Positions 55,270 to 64,000 of a stretch of 64,000 bases of DNA are shown piece after piece; position 1 is the first letter of the stretch; the number at the start of each line of letters is the position of its first letter. The stretch is from NCBI RefSeq assembly GCF_009914755.1, contig NC_060933.1. The stretch is one strand, 5' to 3'. Source of the DNA: the human T2T-CHM13v2.0 reference genome, Homo sapiens. The position numbers and the translations under genes were made by a program. The notes beneath the pieces were generated by a model, which ran no database searches, was not told where the DNA came from, and saw only the letters and a program-made list of their open reading frames with translations.

Positions 55270-55766
55270 AAAAGTCATTTGAGAAAGACACATGTACACA
55301 CATGTTTATAGTAGCACAATTTGCAATTGCAATGATATGAAACCAACCTAAGGGCCTATCAAGAAATGAATGGGTAAAAAAAATGTAGTATATATACACA
55401 CCATAGAATACTACTTAGCCCTGAAAAAGAATGAAATAATATTTTTTGCAGCATCTTAGATAGAGCTGGAGGCCTTTATTCTAAGTAAAGTAATTCAGGA
55501 ATGGAAAACTCAATATCATATATTCTCACTTATAAGTGGGAGCTAAGCTATGAGGATGCAAAGGTATCAGAATGATATAATGGACTTTGGGGACTCAGCG
55601 GGGAAGGGTTGGAAAAGGGTGAGGGATAAGACTATATATTGGGTACTGTGTACACTACTTTGGGAATGGGTGCACCAAAATCTTAGAAATCACCACTAAA
55701 GAACTTATCCATGTAACTAAAAACCACCTGTACCCCTATTGAAATAAAAGCTATTGAAATAAAAAT
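55270..55766 (+). mobile_element. L1PB-type 3' end
   Basis: ctcacttataagtgggagctaagctatgagg...aaatcaccactaaagaacttatccatgtaac. Confidence 0.85.
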
Positions 55767-55767
55767 G

Positions 55768-56099
<332 letters not shown>

Positions 56100-56199
56100 T
56101 TAATTTATTTACATAACTATTCATTCATGGGTCCATTTATTTATATGCTAAGCATAAAAGTGGAGAGATGCATATCTTTTACTTAAAAATTTTTTTCTT

Positions 56200-56640
56200 T
56201 TTCTTTTCTTGGGTTATCTTCAGACTGAAGAGAAACAAATATAAAATAATTATATAATGAATGAAAGATTTGCTGTAGTGAAAAGTGCCAAGAAAGATAC
56301 CCAGTGGGTACAGTGGAAGTATATGGAGTGTGGGGTGAGTGCTGCTGATGAAAAGAAATGGTCTAGGGAAAAGGGGAGTGCAGAGCCTTCCAGGCCCAGG
56401 AAAGAGTCTGCTCAAAGGCCCTGAGATAGAAGGGAGCATACTCAGACAGGGAACCGAAAGACAGGGTATCTGGAGCAGAGAGAGCAAGTGGATCTATGTC
56501 CAGAAGAAAGGCTGTTTCCCAGAGCACACAGATTCTCACAGGCCCTTTTAGGAAGCTTTGTCTTTATCCTAAATGCAGAGGGAAACCAGTGAAAAGTGGA
56601 GTGGTTTTGGTATGTGTATTATTACATTTTTGTGGGAATT
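56200..56640 (-). mobile_element. L2 fragment
   Basis: ttccaggcccaggaaagagtctgctcaaaggccctgag...ctttatcctaaatgcagagggaaacca. Confidence 0.6.
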
Positions 56641-56857
56641 ACATTGGCCAAATGATAATTTGCTCTATTGTTTATTTTTGTGTTGACTACGCCAGTTTCT
56701 TTAGGACAGGAACCATAGCTTACATTTCTTAGAGTTCCCAGCATTTCATACTATACAGTAAGTAGAGTTGGGGAACAAAGAAATGTGTGCTGCCTGTTCT
56801 ATTTCAGATTCTTGAGGGTGAGGTTTTATGTAAACACACTTACAAAGAAACTAAGTT

Positions 56858-57212
<355 letters not shown>

Positions 57213-57557
57213 CTATGATATGCAATTTGTGTGAAAATGGTGAGAAATGAATATGGTGGATGGACAGCTGGTTATCCATTACTAACTTGATTGAAAAAAA
57301 CTGTTTCTTAAGTGTTTGGGAAACTAATAGCCAGGGTTAGTTGCGGAAGAGCCTACTTCCTTTGTTCCATTAAGTTATTTTATTGCTCATGATGTTTCAA
57401 GTTTTGCCATTACAAAATCATTATTCAGGCCTTGAAAGACTCTTTGGTCTTTAAAAAATCCTCTTTGAAAATATAAGTACCTAATGTCGGGTAAAAGATG
57501 TACTAAATTTGTCAGCTGACATCTTTGGGATATTTTGATGGGCTCCAAATATTAAAG

Positions 57558-57559
<2 letters not shown>

Positions 57560-57601
<42 letters not shown>
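57560..57601. repeat. (CA)n microsatellite
   Basis: About 21 perfect CA units. Confidence 0.95.
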
Positions 57602-57604
<3 letters not shown>

Positions 57605-57879
57605 GGTTAGAGCAGACACATCTGTGATGTGGAAGTGAAGTTAGTTTGGTGGCCAGAAATGAGTATCATTTTGTGAATATTGGCAATGATTCTGCCATTG
57701 ACTATCACTGAATCTGTCTGGAATTAGGTTTCACAGTAAAACAGAGTGCTTGTCTCTCTAATCTCCAGGACACTATGAAATTTAATCATATGATGAGGAA
57801 AAGTGTGATGAACTTTGGGACGTGAGCTGCTTTGTTATATAAGCTGAGCTGGTGGCACTGTCTACACAAAGCCTTTGTA

Positions 57880-58073
57880 TTTCCTTCCTTCCTTCCTTTC
57901 TTCCTTACTCCCTCCCTCCTTCCCTGCTTCCCTCCCTCCCTCCCTCCCTTTCTCCCTTCCTCCGTTCTTCCTCTCCTCTCCTCTCCTCTCTTCTCCTCTC
58001 CTCTCCTCCCCTCCCCTCCCCTCTGCTCCCCTCTCCTCTCCTCTCCTCTCCTTTCCTTTTTCTTCCTTCTTTT
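57880..58073. repeat. Polypyrimidine (CCTT)/(CCCT)/(CCTCT)n tract
   Basis: ~190 nt almost purine-free on + strand. Confidence 0.95.
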
Positions 58074-58385
58074 CACAGTTAATCACAAGCCTTTAATGAG
58101 ACAGGGCCACAGACCTGATCACTTAACATCTGATATAAGGAAGGGGGAGGTTAAATACATGTGCAGGGTGTCACCGAGCCACAGGCCAGGAGTGTGTTGG
58201 ATGGGTCTACATGATCCATATGGACTACTAATCACGGGAGTTCCGTGTGGGGGCAGGACCAGGTGGGGTGGGGTATCCCAGTGCCTGCTGCATAGCTCTC
58301 TGGGGATCTGGCCTCCTCTCAGCTCAGCAGCCTGCAGGGTTTGCCTGCACCATGACACTCACTGGTTTTATGGCAGGAGGCAGAA
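58074..58385 (-). pseudogene. Probable retrocopied mRNA 3' end (source gene unidentified)
   Basis: GC-richer unique segment; on - strand ATTAAA lies ~17 nt before a purine tract resembling a decayed poly-A. Confidence 0.5.
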
Positions 58386-58441
58386 GCCACCTTGGACTCT
58401 CAAAGTGCTGGGATTACAGGTGTGAGCCATCGTGCCTGGCT
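58386..58441 (-). mobile_element. Alu 5' fragment (first ~55 nt)
   Basis: ccaccttggactctcaaagtgctgggattacaggtgtgagccatcgtgcctggc. Confidence 0.85.
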
Positions 58442-60420
58442 GAATGATTTTTTAATAACGACAATTTTAGATTGATTCTCAAAAATACCTGCGTCAATAG
58501 GGCAGACTCTGATCTTGGTGCCCTCCAAAGAGTTGCCTGTGTTCTCATTCCAGCAATCCAGGGATGGGAAGAGACCAATGTAACTTTTGCTTTACAAAGA
58601 GAATTTTCATACCTAATCTCCCAAAAGTATTTCTAAGGATGCCTCAGTGTCAGGTGCTGGGCAGCATGGCCAAGAAATAGCTAAGCCAGGATGCTGGGGA
58701 TATTTGCATTCTCCACTCACTCTTCCAGCAGGCAAATTCTGTTTTGCAATTTGTTATTACATGAAAAAAAGGAAGTGTTTGGGAAGCAATGTAGCCTGTA
58801 TTCTGTACTTTTTCTACCTTTGTTTGAATGCCCTTGGTTGACTTTGCCTACGAATGTAAATTTGAGAAATGACTGGAATGCAATTTTTTAAATTGATGTA
58901 TTTAATACCTTGTTTGAGTAAGGATTGGAAAGGGCTCAGAAAAAATAATCTTGGGTAGTTTCCTTAATATCCAAGCCAAAGGTGGCAAATATGTAGCAAG
59001 TTTATTATCAGTCTGACCCCTTTCCTCCCTTCTCCTACCAGATGTCACTAACAGAGCACTGCATTTTTTTTTTTCAGACAGACCCTCCGAATCCTTAAAA
59101 TGTGCCCAGATAGCCACCATTATTAGAATTGGCACATGAGGTGCACTTACCTTCCAAAGCTGATCTTTGGAAATACTCCCAAAGTATTTCTAGATGTGAG
59201 AATCTTGAGTGATGTGAGTCACGTTTTAGTTGGATTTTCATACGTTTTCAGATAGATTTTAGTTAGATTTTCACAAAAAGCATTACTATCTTAATTGTTT
59301 GTGAAGTTCACTTAGGCAAAAATTATGTATTTCAAGGCAACACAAGATAAAACTTGGTGCTTTTTGAGCCCTCCTCTTGGTGCTGGTAGGTTATTTAGGG
59401 CCTTGGAAAGGAAGAAATCTCATATTCTGTGTCTAAATTATGTTAAAACTGTGCAGACATCCAGTTTCCAAGGTCCCTGAGAGAAAACACACATACAGAC
59501 ACACACATACACACGTGCATGCAACAATGAATTAAGGAGAAAAGAATTAAACCTATGTTGGCCTCAGTTTCCAATTTGTAAAATGAGAAAGCAGACGGGG
59601 TTTCTCAGTCAGACTGGAAAGTTCTCCAAGGTCACTTCCAAGAGTGTAGCAGACATCTCACCTCCTGTTGCCCGTATTAGCCCTTCATGGACAGTGAGAT
59701 TAAAAACACAGGTTGCTCTCCAGTGAAACTTTAATTGCAGAGCTTTAATTAGAAAAAGAAACAAAATACTCTTAGATTATGTTTTTTAAATTTTATTTTT
59801 AATTGTGTTTTTATTGTTTCCATTTTATTTCAAAAAGAGAAATGAAAACCTCAAGTTTCCATCCCCATACGACTTCTTTAGCAAGTTAACTAAAACGATT
59901 TTCTAAAATGTACTTTTAATGAAAAACTCCAATCTCTGAAATTTGTCTTGAACATTTTTTTTTTCTTCAGACCTCTTACAGGACTCTGGAGTTTCCATAT
60001 CTCAGTGCCAAGAGCATAGCAAAGGAATTTGACTCAATTTAGTAATTACCTCATGTTAGTCTAGCTCAAAATTGTTTTGCTCTTAATGGCTTAGGAGAGC
60101 CATTTGGATACTTTGATTCTAGCAATAAAGTTCCAATGGGAAGGTGGGTGAATGGGCATGTAATGTTTAGCTTATTATAATGGCCATAGCCAAAGCTTTT
60201 CCAGAGTAAATTTTTACTAGACTCGGACTAAGGATGGGTCACTGTGGAGGAAAGCATGAGAAAATAGGAGGGAGAAAATAAGTCTGGGAGAGTCCTTTCC
60301 CTCTCCAAATTAAGCCCCAGGATTATAGTGGACATTTGTTTTAGTCCTTTCTCATAGCCAGAGGGAAAGGTTTCCCCAGCATTCTCCCCATGTGCTTCCC
60401 GGATCCTGACACACCCTTAC

Positions 60421-60616
60421 TGTATTAGTCAGTGTTCTCCAGAAAAACAGAACCAGTAAGATACATATAAGCTATGGCCTGAGAACCAAAGGGGCCCATG
60501 GTGTAAGTCTCAGTCTGAGGGCGGGAGAAGATTGATGTCCCAGCTCAGGCAGGAAGGTAGAAAAAAGGGGCAAATTCTTCTTTCCCTTATGTTAACTCAT
60601 AAAATTAACCACACAC
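60421..60616 (-). mobile_element. MLT2 (ERVL) LTR, internally deleted
   Basis: Both termini present: tgtattagtcagtgttctccagaaaaacagaacc and gttaactcataaaattaaccacaca. Confidence 0.75.
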
Positions 60617-60761
60617 CAACGCTTCAGAGTGGAGCATGTACATTAAGCCACAGATTCTAAAACTATCTGTGGTGAAGGACTCCCCACCCCTGCATCCACT
60701 GTGGATTGATACTTGTGTAAAATACAAAAAAAATGAATCAACGAAAAAAAATGACACACAA

Positions 60762-60988
60762 GGCCGGGCGTGGTGGCTCAGGCCTGTAATCCCAGCACTT
60801 TGGGAGGCCGAGGAGGGCAGATCACGAGGTGGGGAGATCGAGACCATCCTGGCTAACATGGTGAAACCCCATCTCTACTAAAAATACAAAAATTAACCGG
60901 GCGTGCTGGCAGTAGCCTGAGTCCCAGCTACTCAGGAGGCTGAGGCAGGACAATGGCGCGAACACGGGAGGCAGAGTTTGCAGTGAGT
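60762..60988 (+). mobile_element. AluY-like, 3'-truncated
   Basis: Stops at ttgcagtgag, no tail. Confidence 0.88.
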
Positions 60989-61759
60989 TTGAGAGTGTTG
61001 GCAAGAGGGCAAAGTGAGGCACCCAGAGACTTGATGAAAAGTGCATTTAGACCCCAAAGCTCTCATTTCATAAAGATTCTAATATGGTTGGTTGTACTAC
61101 AAAAATCTCAGAGAGCAACAAGCTTGGACAAAATGTAACTTTATTGCCATGTATACTGAGTATCCTCAAATGGTAGCATATTACTGTAGTAGCGTTTTTG
61201 GAAAAGACTCCTCCTTGGAGACAATATAACCAAGTGCAGTGTGAAATCCAAGAACAGACTTCTGGGTGGTGATGTAGGTAAATTGGGAAGATGTCATGGG
61301 GTAGTGGTGAGACAGTCCCACTCTACCAGAAGCCACCTCTGCCACCTCCCAAAGGCTGCCTAAAATGCTCTTGTAAGAGCTTATTACAAGGCATGGAGGT
61401 AGATACATGTAGAATGTGTGAAATGTTTTCCTGGGAGGAATGATATTTTAAACTTTTATACATTAATGGGAGTCATATGTAACATAGTTCTTGAAAGCAA
61501 GTTTTAAGAAGAGGATAGGAAAAAAAAAACCCTATAAAGAAAATGATGCTAAGTGTGGAAAGAAAAAGTTACCTAAGAGGTGATAGAGTACCAAAATAGT
61601 TTTTCATTACTTCTCAAATTTGTCAGCATTTAATGGGCAAAGTGAATATTCTTAGCTATACAACTGCTTTAATTTTAGGATTAGGGGATACTTTTAATTT
61701 TACAAAATTACATATTACTATTGTTTAAAGTGGAAGCATCGAGAATGTAGAGAATTTAT

Positions 61760-61985
61760 TCATTAGAGCTCTAATACTTATTTGCTGTCTGATCTAGAGA
61801 AGTCACTTACCCTCTCTGAGCTTTGGTTGCATTCATTGATAAAATAGGCACAATATTCAGAGAAAATCTAAGTGCCTGTTGTAATAAAAGCAAATTAAAA
61901 GGGAAAAAAACAAAAAAAAACCAGGCATAATACCTGACCTGCTAACCTCATAGGTTGTGAAAATGCACTGAGATGGCTGGAAGTA
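61760..61985 (+). mobile_element. MIR
   Basis: aagtcacttaccctctctgagc...atacctgacctgctaacctcataggttgtga. Confidence 0.55.
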
Positions 61986-63137
61986 GACCTCTTTATAAGG
62001 TAGACAAATCTATTATTTCTAGTTGGTGCTAGTGCAGAAAGGATAAGTGGTGTGAAGCACTGCCACTCAATGTCAATGGAATTTACTGTTGGTGGTACAA
62101 AAAAAGAAAATAAATATATCTCTAGTCTCTTGTTCCTTTAAATTTTGAAGGAGCTTCTACCAGGTTCAGAAAGGGAATCTTATTAGCATTTGGGGAAAAG
62201 CCTTTTTACTGAAACTTCTTGAAGCTTTCAACTGTGGGCACACGTATGTTTGTAAAGATATCTAGCTAATGAATGACATTTTAAAAGAGAGAAGCTGTTC
62301 TTTGACCATCTTCTCAAAGAATTATTAATTGGTATCAGAAAATTGGAGAGGGTGGACATGCAGGGATTTCTTGCTAAAGAGCATGATGTGTCTGAGGAGT
62401 TATGACCCACAGTATCTGATCTGTTCCAGAGATCGTTTGGCGATTGTAAATGCTGGAGGCGGGGGAACTCTCCTCTACGTTTGTATAGATCTTGAGCTGT
62501 GTAGAACTAATTGCTCCAACTGCACCAGGAGGTCAAGGGCAGAGCCGGTGGCTTACAGATGCTTGTGTCTCCTAGTTTCCAGCAGTAAATATTTATTAGA
62601 TGAAAGCTTGACTGAGACTGCATATCAAAGAGAGGAGGAAGGGGCATCTCTTGGCAGATTTTATCCTCAAGGCAGGTTACCTTCTCCTGTATAATTGAAA
62701 GGAGACCTGGCCTGGCTTGAAGGCTGTCTTACCCCTTCAAAAGGGATCAAATAGCAGTGGTGGCCCATGGGTGTCAGATAAAGGGCTTCATAGTTTAAGA
62801 AAGACATGAGAAATTAAGAGACAGTTCAGAGGACAGCTGTCATGATAGAGTTTAGAAAAGAATGTGTAGGAAGACGGGTTAGGGATGGGGGATATTGGGA
62901 TCATTCAAACCTGACAAGAGGAGCCTGAATAAAGTATGACAGGCAGTTGGTATTTGGATATTTGCACGGGTAATTATATAGAATATAGAGCAGTTGTTCT
63001 CAAGTTTTTTTGGATACCAAGGCACTCAGGAAAAGATCACATGTACATGGCCCACAGTGTAGTCAGGTGAGGTTGCTTAAGACTACGTTCTGCTCTAAGT
63101 CTTTGACACACCTAAGTCTCACTCTGCCACCAAACAC

Positions 63138-63751
63138 TGATGGGATCAGTAGTATCATCCAAAAGACTACCAAGATGGTTAAATAGTAGAAAGGAGAGCC
63201 TCATTGCTCTTATCAATTTGCAATCCAGGAGGGGAAAGCATCCACTGTGGAATGAAGGTGCTGTCTGTTGGAATAGGGGAAGGACAGGTTGGGTTTTATA
63301 TTCATATTCACACATATTCAACAAGTTTGGGGGGAAAGCTATATATATTTATGCGGGAGCCGAGCACACCATAATGAGTAAACATATGTAACATACATCC
63401 CATGTTGACTTTGGAGTGGGGGTTTAGCACTAAAATGAGGTAGAATTTGGCCCTTTACATCATAAGGTGAACTACAGGATGCAAATGTGGTTCGTGTGCA
63501 GCCTCTATAAGCTGGTAGAAACTGGCAGTCTAATATTAGTAGCTTATCAGAAAAAGACGTTTGTAAGGCCGGTCCTCTGTCCAATCAGAGCTGATAGCTC
63601 GTTTGGTTAGAGGCAGTCTATTTATACAAAGTTAGAAATTTGCCATGCCATCCAGGCCCTGAACCCTTGACCCATCGGTAACTTTGTTTCCTTAACCTAA
63701 GGATCTGTCTTGGTTGATAAAGGGGCATCTATTTTGGTCTCTTAGATCACA
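63138..63751 (-). mobile_element. ERV1 (MER4-group; LTR48/MER39-like) solo LTR
   Basis: - strand starts TGTGATCTAAGAGACCAAAATAGATGCCCCTTTATCAAC...GGTTAAGGAAACAAAGTTACC; appears to split a MIR. Confidence 0.7.
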
Positions 63752-64000
63752 ATAGCTTAGGGCACTGTAACCTATCCCTGCTTTAAGGGAGTTGCATACT
63801 TGTTACCAAATTGATGTGGAGGGCTGGGCCTGGTTGTGTTTGAGGTAGAGTTAGAAAATGTGGGGTAAAAATGACAAGAGATTGAAATAAAAGGAGGAAC
63901 TAATTGATTCTGGATTTGAAAATACTGATAGATTTGTCACAGGATGGGTGTGTGGGTGTGTTTGTAAAGAAAAGAACTTTTATCTGAGGACTGTGAGTCC

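Noticed and set aside
57832-58425. 197-aa ORF
   Set aside because: Open because the polypyrimidine tract lacks stop codons.
63112-63137. tRNA-Leu primer-binding site after the ERV1 LTR (TTTGGTGGCAGAG on -)
   Set aside because: Better explained as the MIR ctctgccac motif that continues on the far side of the LTR.

Overview
Primate genomic DNA, almost certainly human (it carries human-lineage AluYa5, Ya4/5 and Yb8 copies). It is repeat-dense intronic or intergenic sequence with no supportable protein-coding exon, CpG island or tRNA. The supplied ORFs are Alu, L1, low-complexity or chance frames. Content: about 59 Alu copies or fragments, L1 3' fragments, L2 and MIR relics, MaLR/ERVL/ERV1 LTRs, DNA transposons (Tigger3, MER5A, MER1B, MADE1), a tailless 5S rRNA retropseudogene, a probable Alu-mRNA chimeric retrocopy, microsatellites, and several repeat-free blocks that may be enhancers. 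The most unusual signal is a cluster, within 16.2-22.2 kb, of three inverted locally templated insertions: ~120 bp copied from 16231-16346 into a MER1B, 21 bp copied from 22136-22156 into an Alu, and a fold-back palindrome inside another Alu. This suggests a template-switching/break-repair hotspot. Subfamily names were assigned by eye from remembered consensus sequences, old-repeat boundaries are approximate, and the locus could not be identified.
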